Below are positions 50,996 through 64,000 of a stretch of 64,000 nt of DNA, in pieces. The position numbers and the translations under genes are program-made. This DNA comes from Eledone cirrhosa (taxonomy: Eukaryota). Where the stretch lies: NCBI GenBank assembly GCA_964016885.1, contig OZ024750.1, positions 32,178,001-32,242,000 on the forward strand. Reading direction: 5' to 3'. Position 1 is the first letter of the stretch; the number at the start of each line of letters is the position of its first letter. Under the pieces are notes generated by a model that saw only the letters and a list, made by a program, of their open reading frames with translations, was not told the DNA's origin and made no database searches.

Positions 50996-51941
50996 ATATG
51001 TCAATCGACCTTTAATTTAATTGTATTTCCTATTGTAGTAATTCTACGTGGTTTTCTCCCAGTTTTATCATTATTAACATCAATTTCGACATCATTCATC
51101 TCAATGTAATTATCTCCCCCTTTATTGTGTCTTCATTATTATTATGAGGAATGATTAATATACTTTGACATCAGTGATTGCTTGACAAAGAATTGTAAAA
51201 GAATGTAAACATTTCAAAATTTGCAATGGATGCAAGTGCTAGCTCTCAGTACGTTACTGAAAATACAGTACGTTTCAAAATATTTGATACCAATGGCCTG
51301 TTCCAAAGTTTCTCACAATATATATTTAAAATATATATTGCGATTTAGTGTCATAATGCTGAACAACGTTTGAGCACTTTATCTTATATTTCTCAACATT
51401 AAGTCTGCCCAGTCTCGTTGGCCTAGATGGTGTATTTTCTGGGATATCTACATCTCAAATGATATGAAACCTTTGGAAACACTATATATAAATCTACGTC
51501 GAACTACATACTATAATACATGCAACATAGCGAAGACAAAGTTGATAAAATCATTTTATCCTTTTATTCGTTATTCAAACTTCCTGGATTTCTTAGTATA
51601 TTCCTTTAAATATCCAGCACAAATCATTTTCGCCTAATTAAAAGCAATAATGTGGTGATCAAATTAGTTAATCAGCGACAAAATCATAAGCGAGTGTTAA
51701 CGGGAAGCAAGGAACAAGTGTTAGGATGTTACCCAGCATGGCACCATTCTTTACAGGAAAGGGAGGGCGTTATGGTTCCACCATCATTGAAACATATTTT
51801 CAATACATCTTAAAATGATTTATTTATCGATGCAAATTAATGCGAACAACCAACAGCATTTTCCACATGGCTGATCTATTCAGTGAATTGAAAGGTTGTG
51901 TTTGATCAATGAAATTTTATATTATAAGTATATACACGCGA

Positions 51942-52053
<112 letters not shown>

Positions 52054-52117
52054 GGTAAGGGCTATATTTATACGGGCACCCACATATACTTAAATGCATA
52101 TTCAGTCAGGTGTGTAT

Positions 52118-52150
<33 letters not shown>

Positions 52151-53217
52151 GAGAGAGGGGGTGAGGAGAGAGTCTGCGGTGCTGCGAGGAGACAACTAAT
52201 CCTATGAGTACTCAATACACGTAGGTTTTGATGTAGTTGCCCATAAATTGTATTTCTCCCTAATTTAGATAACCCCTTCCCGAATGGGGAGATGAAGTGG
52301 GCATTAAAGATAAATGGAGATAAACGGAAGATAAAAAATACTAAAATTTAAGACGTTATTACTACTATAGGTTTCTGTCAAACCAATGATTCCAGCAAGT
52401 AAAAGATTTGTTCAGGCTAGTTTTATATGTCAAATTAGCCATCCATCATTATTTGAAACGTTAGAATTTTGTACATGTAAGCAATTCTTTCTAGAGCCTT
52501 TACGTTGTCTAGCTCTTTCCAATAGCTCAAAGGAAGGTTTTGCAGTCTATAATTGAAGCTTGCAAACTAATGCTTTCTGATTGGTTTCAGTTGTTATAGA
52601 TTATGTTAGAAATCCTTCATGCGAAATCTGACACCAAAATTATTTGATATCTTCCTGAGATGGGTTTCCTTTTAGAGAGATGGTTTTTTTTAACATCCTA
52701 TATACAGCTTTTGGCTTATAAACAAGCTTGTGTTCAATGATACTTTGGTAATGGTCGCATTTTCGATAGTCACACATTCTTATTCAAGGTAATCAACGGA
52801 TTTTAATTTCTTCCTATTCTTCAGGATTTTTAGCAAAGAAAGAAAATTCATCCTTTGTTTTTAGATGTGAAAATACAGTTTAACAGTTTCACTGGTTAAC
52901 TATTCAATTTTCAGATTATGTAATTCTTTTTGTAAATACCCTAGTTATAGAAAGCAATATCTAAACATTTATTAACCTAATTGATTAGCTGTATCACTGT
53001 CACAGAGTGATTGATAAATAATAATTTGGAAACCTGACAGAGGTTCTAAAACTACGTTATAAAAAGCTTCACAGCAGTTAAATCCAATCCCTCAGTCATG
53101 ATAAACACAGAAATATATATAAATATATCTCTATCTCTCTATCTATCTATCTATATGCTACTATGACAATATTTGTTTCAACACACGATTTCATATAAAA
53201 AACCTTGCAAAACAAAC

Positions 53218-53722
<505 letters not shown>

Positions 53723-53809
53723 TAACTTTGAATAACTTTGAAATGTTTTGGCCAGTATTGGCCCAGGCCATGTCTAACTTAATAGCACCACCTGGCGAAG
53801 TCTTTCAAT

Positions 53810-56800
53810 TCAGGATTTGGGCACCATGGCCCATTCGAGAAGAGAATTACTGTTTGCAGAGACATATCCGGGTGTGGGTGGTTTGTCCGGGATTACTTGG
53901 AGGAATTTGTCCAAAGACTTCTTGAATTTTGTGTGGTCAGTTTCTGTTTTGACGTGTCCTGGTGTGATGTTGAAGAGAGCAGGGCCGATTGAGGTGAAAT
54001 AATTGTGCCGTATTGTTGTTATGAGTTGCGATTTAGATTTTTGAATGGGACGGATAGCACGGGGCCCAAGCCTTGGGTGTATCTTGAAGGCGATGCCAAC
54101 ATCATTTGGGCAGTGATGATGGAACATTTTCCACATCATGCAGATAATATAACGCTCACGGCGACGTTGGAGTGAGTAAAGTTTCAGGTTTTCCAATCGA
54201 CCCCAGTAGTCAAGGTCTGACATGCCATCTATCTTTTTCGTGATTGCCCTTTGAGGAGCTTCAAGTTTCATGATACTTTGTTTCGTGTGGGGAGACCACA
54301 GTGGACAACAGTATTCAAGGTGTGGTCGGGCGAAAGTAGAGAAGAGAAGGATAATGGTGCGGGAATCTCTCGACTGGAAGGTTCTGAGGATCCAGGAACA
54401 CATTCTGCGGGCCATGTCAACTTTGCTGCTTATATGCGTGGTCCAGCTTATGTTGCTGTCCACGGTTACTCCCAAGTCTCTGATGTTGTTAGATGCCACG
54501 AGAGTTTCCCCGGAGGGAAGGGAGTACGGGAGTTTCAGAGCATCCTCTTTTCCAAAGTGGATCAGTTCGAATTTGTCTTCGTTCAGTAACATGTTGTTCT
54601 TTTCTGCCCATTGGGTAACAGCCAGTAGGTCTGACTGAAGGCTTATCCGGTCATCCACGCCATTGATGAGCTTTTGGAGCTTGGAATCATCAGCGAAAAT
54701 TTTAATGTTGCTGTGTTTGATGATGTCAGTGATGTCATTAATATAGATGATGAAGAGAAGTGGGCCCAACACAGTGCCTTGTGGGACTCCACTACTGACT
54801 TTGGCTGGGCTTGATTTGACTCCCTCAACTACAACATGTTGGGTTCTGTTTGACAGGAAGCTCTTGATCCACTGCAGCAGCTTTCCAGTGACACCAATAT
54901 TGGACAGCTTTCTCAGTAGAATGTTATGATCAACCCTGTCAAAGGCCTTGCTGAAATCAAGGTAGATAACATCAGTGTTGGAACCCTCTCCCAAGGCTCT
55001 CAAAATGTCATCAAAGTGATGCAGTAGTTGCGTCAGGCAATCCCTTCCATTACGGAATCCATGCTGGTTGGAGTTCAGCATATTGTTACTCTCAAGGAAG
55101 TGGGTCATTCGCGATCTCACCACTCGCTCAAATACCTTAATGATATGAGAGGTGAGTGAGATTGGACGGTAATTCACGGCAAGGGATTTGTTTCCCTTTT
55201 TGAAAACTGGGACAACAGACTGGGATAGAAGGTTTTCTGGCACATATCCAGCATCCAGTGAGTTCCGCCACAGATTGGCAAGAGGAGAAGCAAGTTGGTG
55301 TTGACACGCCTTCAAGACACAAGCAGGGAACCTATCGGGACCTACTGCTGAATTATGCTTGATTTCCTTTATTGCCGCCAAGACATCAGGGGCGCCAAAC
55401 GTTATGTCCGATAAGGTGTAATGGGGAGTAACATCGCCGATACAGCCCAGATCGGCCATATCAGGATTGCTGAAAACAGAGCAGTATTGTTTCTGCAGTA
55501 TCTCACCCATGGTTTTAGCATTGTCTTGAAGAGTGCCATTTTCATCAATTAGAGGGCCAACAGTAGAGCCAGTGATTTTGTGTTTTTTTGCAAATGAAAA
55601 GAACACTTTGGGATTGAGTTTGATCTTCTCAATGGCCCAGGCCTCTTCAGCTCTTCTCTGATTGTTGATGAGGGACATTATGTTGTTTTGGAGGTTATGT
55701 TTTTTAATCTCTAGTGATGAAATGGCAGTCAAGTTGATGTGTTGCTGCTGACAGTATTTCAGCTTGTTGATTTTTTTGTTCGTTCTCTTAATTTTTCTGA
55801 TGAGCGTTTTTCTATTTCTAGGGATTCTGCTCTTAGATTTGTTTATAGTTCTTAATGGGGTGTGTTTAGCACATATGTTTGTAACAGTGTCCACAAATGT
55901 CTGCCAGGACATTTTGATGTTAGTGGGTGTATGAGTGTGCGTGAAGGACCAGTCGACATGTGCAAGATCATGACTGATCGCTTCCCAGTTTGCATTGTGG
56001 AAATCCATAGCGTGAAACGGATGGACAGGAGAGATGACATTGGGTTTGTATATTGGACGGTGGAATCTCAGATCACAGAGAACCATGTCATGATCAGAGA
56101 GTAGAGTTTTCTCCACTGCAATATTGTGGATATTGTCAGTGTGATTGCTGAAAATTAAGTCTAGGACGTTTTTGTGGCACCTCGTTGGTTCGAGCACTAG
56201 TTGGGATAGGAAGAAATCATCCATGAAGTCAAGAAGCGATTCCACAGCTTCCCTGTCAGAGGTTGAGGCAGAAGAACCTGGTGGTAGGGTGTTTGTGGAC
56301 CAGTCAACTCCGGGGAGGTTGAAGTCCCCCATCATTAAGATGTTGTCAGGGTGACACTCTTGGATGAAACACTTTATGCTGTTGAGGCATTCCTTGAAGC
56401 ATGGTACAGGCGTTTGGGGTGGCCTATAGAGCCCAACTACTAATAGGTTGTTGGTTTGACTGAATACAGTGACTGCCTCACAGTATCCATTAGTGAATAT
56501 GTTCATAGCCTCTGTTGAGAAAGAATTATGGACATAAATGGCAATTCCGCCCTTTCTTCTGCCAGCGCGATCAGCACGGATGGCTTTGAAATTTTTCACT
56601 TTCACCTCGGCTTCCAAGTGGAGGTTACTGAGATGGGTTTCAGTGAGGACGAAGAAAGGGATGTGGTTTGGATGGACATCAATCCAGTCCTCCAGGAATT
56701 TGATCTTCCATTTTTGAGTATTGGTGGAAGGGCTGATGCCTTGGGCGTTAAGCAAAAATGTAGAGGCGAGAGTGGATGGTTTTAATTGTTTTGGTGTGTT

Positions 56801-56947
56801 GTTAATTTGTTTGTTTGTTAATGGCAGCAATGGGAGTTTGTGCAGTGGGGTGATAGTGGAGGGTGGTGCTGGGTGATAGCTCGAATGTTTTTTTCCAGTT
56901 CTTTTGCCAGATTCATTATGGCTAAAAAAGAGGAAGAAGTTTCCTGT
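53810..56947 (-). CDS. LINE ORF2: AP endonuclease + reverse transcriptase (stop-to-stop frame; no AUG before the endonuclease domain)
   Basis: LTETHL, YRPP, MGDFNLP, LDLIF, SDH; [44 protein letters not shown]. Confidence 0.95.
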   Translation of the reverse strand, partial: TGNFFLFFSHNESGKRTGKKHSSYHPAPPSTITPLHKLPLLPLTNKQINNTPKQLKPSTLASTFLLNAQGISPSTNTQKWKIKFLEDWIDVHPNHIPFFVLTETHLSNLHLEAEVKVKNFKAIRADRAGRRKGGIAIYVHNSFSTEAMNIFTNGYCEAVTVFSQTNNLLVVGLYRPPQTPVPCFKECLNSIKCFIQECHPDNILMMGDFNLPGVDWSTNTLPPGSSASTSDREAVESLLDFMDDFFLSQLVLEPTRCHKNVLDLIFSNHTDNIHNIAVEKTLLSDHDMVLCDLRFHRPIYKPNVISPVHPFHAMDFHNANWEAISHDLAHVDWSFTHTHTPTNIKMSWQTFVDTVTNICAKHTPLRTINKSKSRIPRNRKTLIRKIKRTNKKINKLKYCQQQHINLTAISSLEIKKHNLQNNIMSLINNQRRAEEAWAIEKIKLNPKVFFSFAKKHKITGSTVGPLIDENGTLQDNAKTMGEILQKQYCSVFSNPDMADLGCIGDVTPHYTLSDITFGAPDVLAAIKEIKHNSAVGPDRFPACVLKACQHQLASPLANLWRNSLDAGYVPENLLSQSVVPVFKKGNKSLAVNYRPISLTSHIIKVFERVVRSRMTHFLESNNMLNSNQHGFRNGRDCLTQLLHHFDDILRALGEGSNTDVIYLDFSKAFDRVDHNILLRKLSNIGVTGKLLQWIKSFLSNRTQHVVVEGVKSSPAKVSSGVPQGTVLGPLLFIIYINDITDIIKHSNIKIFADDSKLQKLINGVDDRISLQSDLLAVTQWAEKNNMLLNEDKFELIHFGKEDALKLPYSLPSGETLVASNNIRDLGVTVDSNISWTTHISSKVDMARRMCSWILRTFQSRDSRTIILLFSTFARPHLEYCCPLWSPHTKQSIMKLEAPQRAITKKIDGMSDLDYWGRLENLKLYSLQRRRERYIICMMWKMFHHHCPNDVGIAFKIHPRLGPRAIRPIQKSKSQLITTIRHNYFTSIGPALFNITPGHVKTETDHTKFKKSLDKFLQVIPDKPPTPGYVSANSNSLLEWAMVPKS

Positions 56948-57423
56948 TTAGAAGACTGTTGGTGACTGTGGTAGTGGTTATTTTTATGTAGGTTATGGTT
57001 TTTGTTTTTGCTTTTATTCTTAATTTTATTTTCATTTATCCGACGGGTCCCCGGGAGATGGGTAAAGGGACAATCCCGGTCTAAACACAATCTGTCTCGC
57101 AGGGAAAAACGGCAGATTTGTGGATTCCTTGTTTGAGTTATTGGTGGTTGTGTTGGTGTTAAATTAGAGTATGTATTATGGTGGTGGCTGTTTGTGGGGA
57201 TAGATCGTTTTGTCCTAGGTAAATGGGTGAATTTGCAGCCACTATCCGTACATATTCTATAGCGTAGAGAGTAGCGGCAAATGATGGGGTTTCGAGTGGG
57301 TGGGTATGTGGGTGTGGGTGTTGTGAGAGGTGTAGATGATGGTTTGGGTAGGATTTGACGACCTTTGTGGACTGTGGGAGGGAGAGTTCTTGTTCTGGTA
57401 TTAGAAGGTAAATTCCTTGACAT
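56818..57423 (-). CDS. LINE ORF1 (201 aa from MSRNLP) with two CCCH zinc fingers
   Basis: [19 protein letters not shown] and [19 protein letters not shown] (C-x8-C-x4-C-x3-H); directly upstream of and overlapping ORF2; start uncertain. Confidence 0.75.
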   Translation of the reverse strand: MSRNLPSNTRTRTLPPTVHKGRQILPKPSSTPLTTPTPTYPPTRNPIICRYSLRYRICTDSGCKFTHLPRTKRSIPTNSHHHNTYSNLTPTQPPITQTRNPQICRFSLRDRLCLDRDCPFTHLPGTRRINENKIKNKSKNKNHNLHKNNHYHSHQQSSKQETSSSFLAIMNLAKELEKNIRAITQHHPPLSPHCTNSHCCH

Positions 57424-57453
57424 AGCAGTAGACAAAAATGTTGTAGTAGTAGT

Positions 57454-58610
<1,157 letters not shown>

Positions 58611-59602
58611 GGTTTTTTGTTCAAGAACAGAACTCACAACGTAGTGAAGTAATCAAACGCATCCCATAACCTTGCCACTAGGTAACGTGTATAATGAAAA
58701 TAAACCTCGGTATAAAATATATTTTCAAAAGACACAAAAAATGTTGTAAGAGATTATAAATTTTCTTACAAACTCTAGTTTAAAAAAATCAATATGACTA
58801 AACTTTCAAAAATTATTTGATCGTAACAGACGTTAAAACAAAGAGGTTGAATAGAAGTCAAAGACATGCATATCTTATTAAATACACCATTGTATTTCAA
58901 AAGAAAACCTCACAAACATCGCAGAGTTATCCCAACAAATAAACCTATTTTTCTCATTGAAAATATTAATCTTTATAATAAATGTTCATTCAGCTTTATT
59001 AAGCAATATAATACCCATAAATATATCCCGCAACCAATCACACAAATGATTTTGAAAATGCATTATTTACTCTCTTTGCATTTAAACTGCTATAATGAAA
59101 CTGAATTGAATATTCCCTAAAATATTATCGTTAATTTATACTTATTATAAAAGATCACAAACCATAAAATGCTGCCAAAGCATCGATAAAGCTGGTATAC
59201 GAAATGTTCATTCCCAAACAAAGACGAAGCAACGTAATTCTGTTTTGTGTATGAAATATGACAAATAAATATACCAAAAAATATATCAATGTAAAAATAT
59301 CACAAACATAACAATGCAAACTGTAAAATCCCATTGCGATATTTCTGAAATGTAAAATCGAGCAATATGTTCCAAGAATAGCCTGTTCAATTTTAGAACT
59401 CACAATGATGGACGTAGATTAAAGAATGGTGTAAATATTCTTTACGAATAACGTAACAGAATACTATATGTATAGTGAGGAATTTATATCAAATTAATTG
59501 TAGAGTGTTCTAAACCTGCTTCATATAATCTGCTCCACGGAAGCTATGCCACATAGATATGCCTGGATATTTTGCGTCGGAGAACATCATAGTGATTCGT
59601 TC

Positions 59603-59745
59603 AATATCGGCCAACAATGTGTTAAATGGGTGAGAGAAACATCAGCTAGGGGCTCGGGCTTCTTGAAATATCGGTGAACAATGTGTGTTAAGTGAGTGAG
59701 TGAAACATCAGCTAGGTGATCGAACGTCTAGAAATATCGAGCAAA
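59603..59745. repeat. Short tandem duplication, about 65 bp x2
   Basis: AATATCGG..AACAATGTG..TTAA.TG.GTGAG.GAAACATCAGCTAGG repeated. Confidence 0.7.
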
Positions 59746-61152
59746 AGTACATGAAATCACATTCCATAACAGTTGTTAAATTAATGATACAAGTTGGTCT
59801 CTAGAGCAATTTAGAACTGATTTGTGTTATTTGGTGGGTTCGTAATTGTGCTTCTTATTGTGTGTAATGATGCATGTGTCATGTGGTGTGAGGTATGTAA
59901 TAAAATAAAGTACCAGTAACACAATTGGGCGATTTAATCTACTCTCCCCCAGATATTCGTTGGGCATGTGCCTAAATCAAAAACCATTATATGCAGAACA
60001 TTACGCAGATCGATTGGGAGGGTCCTTAAAGAGTTGTATAAATCCTTAATTCTATTTGTTCTGGGTATTTATATTCTGAGTTCTCAAATAATCTTTCCAG
60101 CGGGTCCTGTCAGAAGAAACAGTCTTCAAATGATGCGGCTGAATCCCCAGGCGTGACCAGCCAAGCTAATGGATGTTATCCAACCATCTTGCTCTGAGTC
60201 TACACCAGGGTCTCCTGTCAGTTGGTTTTGTTTATAAATTCTCTCCAGTCTTTCTTTCCTGAGACATTCTAAACACATACCCGTAGTATCGGATCTGTGA
60301 TCCCTCAAGTCAGAAAAGTAACGATTCTACCTGGAATGACTCTGATCTCCGTACTATGCACTTTATCGAGTAACTTTACTACAATGACCCTTCGGAGGTA
60401 TCCCATTCGCGATCCCTGTATTCGCGATCGTATTCATTCGGTCATTATCCAAGATACATGACTTTATGTAAAGATTGGCACAAAAGCCGAATTGAAGATA
60501 GCGAGTTTGGCTTTTACGCCTACCTTCCTTCTTCTGAATGCTGAAGCTAGTGCATTTCTGGACTAGATCCTGCAATTCTTGGACTTAATTCAGCCTCCCA
60601 ATTTCCCTTCTCTAAAAATTCTTGTTATGAAAATCGAATTCATATATCACATGTATCATATAGTAACGAATTTACCTTTGCTGTTGAAAGCTATGGCTTC
60701 TGCCCAGTCGTAGTTTAATGATTAAATATGTGACGTGATGTAAACAAGTTGTTTACTTGTAATTCAACGCGTTAGCATGACACGATCCCTCAAATAGCAG
60801 GCATTCTGAAGTATCAAAGAAAATGACGATTAATCAGGAAACAAATAACATTTAACACATTGACATTAAAACAAAACTTCCTTTCTCACTCTTATGAAAA
60901 GGTCTAAAATATAGATTGATACATCAGTAAATTTTCGGAAATCCTTTTGACATTTACACCAATGTTATTGTAAAATCATTTGAAAATTTATTTATTTATG
61001 TATATGTATGTACGTACACGCGTGTACGCTTTTTTGTGTGTGTAAGTATGCATATATAATATATAAAATAAACAAAGAAAGAAAATCGTATGTTTATTAG
61101 ACACAGACATATATATGCTTCTATAACCTCTTTCACCTTCTGTGGCTCTGTC

Positions 61153-61155
<3 letters not shown>

Positions 61156-61251
<96 letters not shown>

Positions 61252-61542
61252 TATATAATATATATATATATAATATATATATATAATATATATATATAAT
61301 ATATATATATAATATATATATATATAATATATATATATAATATATATATATATAATATGTATATATATAATATATATATATATAATATGTATATATATAA
61401 TATATATATATAATATATATATATACTATATATATTATATATATATATAATATATATATAATATATATATATAATATATATAATATATATATATATAATA
61501 TATATAATATATATATATATATAATGTATATATATAGTATAT

Positions 61543-61580
<38 letters not shown>

Positions 61581-61586
61581 GTATAT

Positions 61587-61622
<36 letters not shown>

Positions 61623-61628
61623 GTATAT

Positions 61629-61662
<34 letters not shown>

Positions 61663-61668
61663 GTATAT

Positions 61669-61711
<43 letters not shown>

Positions 61712-61712
61712 T

Positions 61713-61746
<34 letters not shown>

Positions 61747-62357
61747 ATATATATAATATATATATATATAATATATATAAATATATATATATATAATATA
61801 TATAAATATATAATATATATAAATATATAATATATATATATATAATATATATAAATATATAATATATATATATATAATATATATATATATATAATATATA
61901 TAAATATAATATATATAAATATATAATATATATATAATATATATAAATATATAATATATATATATATAATATATATAAATATATATTATATATATATATA
62001 ATATATATATATATAATATATATATATATATAATATATATATATAATATATATAAATATATAATATATATATATATAATATATATAAATATATAATATAT
62101 ATATATATATAATATATATATATATATAATATATATATATATATAATATATATATATATATAATATATATATATATAATATATATAAATATATAATATAT
62201 ATATATATAATATATATAAATATATAATATATATATATATAATATATATATATATAATATATATATATATATAATATATATATTTAATATAATATATATA
62301 TATATAATATATATATATATATAATATATATATAATATTAATATATATATAATATAT

Positions 62358-62431
<74 letters not shown>

Positions 62432-62528
62432 AATATATATATATATATAATATATATATATATATATAATATATATATATAATATGTATATATATATAAT
62501 ATATATATATATAATATATATAATATAT

Positions 62529-62560
<32 letters not shown>

Positions 62561-62581
62561 ATATATATATATATAATATGT

Positions 62582-62613
<32 letters not shown>

Positions 62614-62668
62614 ATATATATAATATATATATATAATATATATATATAATATATAATATATAATATAT

Positions 62669-62721
<53 letters not shown>

Positions 62722-62799
62722 TATAATATATAATATATATATATATATATATATAATATATATATATAATATATATATATATATAATATATATATATAT

Positions 62800-62848
<49 letters not shown>

Positions 62849-62943
62849 TAATATATATATATATATAATATATATATATATATATAATATATATATATAT
62901 ATAATATATATATATATATAATATATATATATATAATATATAT

Positions 62944-62988
<45 letters not shown>

Positions 62989-63074
62989 TATATATATAAT
63001 ATATACATATATATATAATATATATATATATAATATATATATATATAATATATATATATATATATAATATATAT

Positions 63075-63138
<64 letters not shown>

Positions 63139-63146
63139 ATATATAT

Positions 63147-63203
<57 letters not shown>

Positions 63204-63218
63204 AAATATATATAAAAT

Positions 63219-63250
<32 letters not shown>

Positions 63251-63645
63251 ATATATATATATATAATATACATATATATATATATAATATATATAATATA
63301 TATAATATATAATATATATATATATATAATATATATATATATATAATATATATATATATATATAATATATATATATATATATAATATATATATATAATAT
63401 ATATATAATATATATATATAATATATATATATATAATATATATATATATATAATATATATATATATATAATATATATATATATATAATATATATATATAT
63501 TTATAATATATATATATATATATAATATATATATATATAATATATATAATATATATATATATATATAATATATATATATATATATAATATATATATATAT
63601 ATAATATATATATATATAATATATATATATATATATAATATATAT

Positions 63646-63702
<57 letters not shown>

Positions 63703-63731
63703 ATATATATATAATATATATTATATATAAT

Positions 63732-63763
<32 letters not shown>

Positions 63764-63851
63764 ATATATATATATATATATAATATACATATATATATAT
63801 ATATATATAATATATATATATATATATAATATATATATATATATAATATAT

Positions 63852-63896
<45 letters not shown>

Positions 63897-63948
63897 TATA
63901 TATATATAATATATATATATATATAATATATATATATATATAATATAT

Positions 63949-63982
<34 letters not shown>

Positions 63983-64000
63983 ATATATATCTATATAATA
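61156..64000. repeat. Almost pure A/T satellite, (TA)nA units, over 2.8 kb; runs off the window
   Basis: Direct reading. Confidence 0.95.

Larger units (their letters stand above)
53723..57453 (-). mobile_element. CR1-like non-LTR retrotransposon, ORFs intact
   Basis: ORF1 + ORF2; short 3' UTR with GGCCA..TGGCC hairpin; (TTCAAAGTTA)2 tail; same satellite on both flanks. Confidence 0.92.

Overview
This is AT-rich, repeat-saturated eukaryotic DNA. The dominant tRNA-derived SINE and the microsatellite landscape resemble an octopod cephalopod genome, but that assignment is an inference. I recognise no host protein-coding gene, and most ORF-track entries are microsatellite read-outs. Two large young retroelements are present. 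(1) A Penelope-like element (PLE; RT plus C-terminal GIY-YIG, Naiad-like) at 28309-34169: its ORF is 5'-truncated and its last 1727 bp are mirrored as an inverted copy. (2) A CR1-like LINE on the minus strand at 53723-57453: it has a short double-CCCH zinc-finger ORF1 and an intact APE-RT ORF2 with no start AUG, which overlaps ORF1 in the -1 frame across U_UUU_UUA and A_AAA_AAC slippery sites. The most striking unannotated layer is about 14 type I hammerhead ribozyme (HHR) motifs with intact cores, plus several decayed ones, from many unrelated sequence families. Many sit in palindromic units of one architecture: inverted arm, direct arm, unpaired tail, (TA)n. This is a miniature version of the big PLE insertion. 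The window also has about 25 SINE copies, RTE fragments (one with an internal inversion), nested MITE/SINE insertions, short copies of nearby DNA inserted at TA tracts, and large TA-based satellites. All alignments and folds were done by eye.
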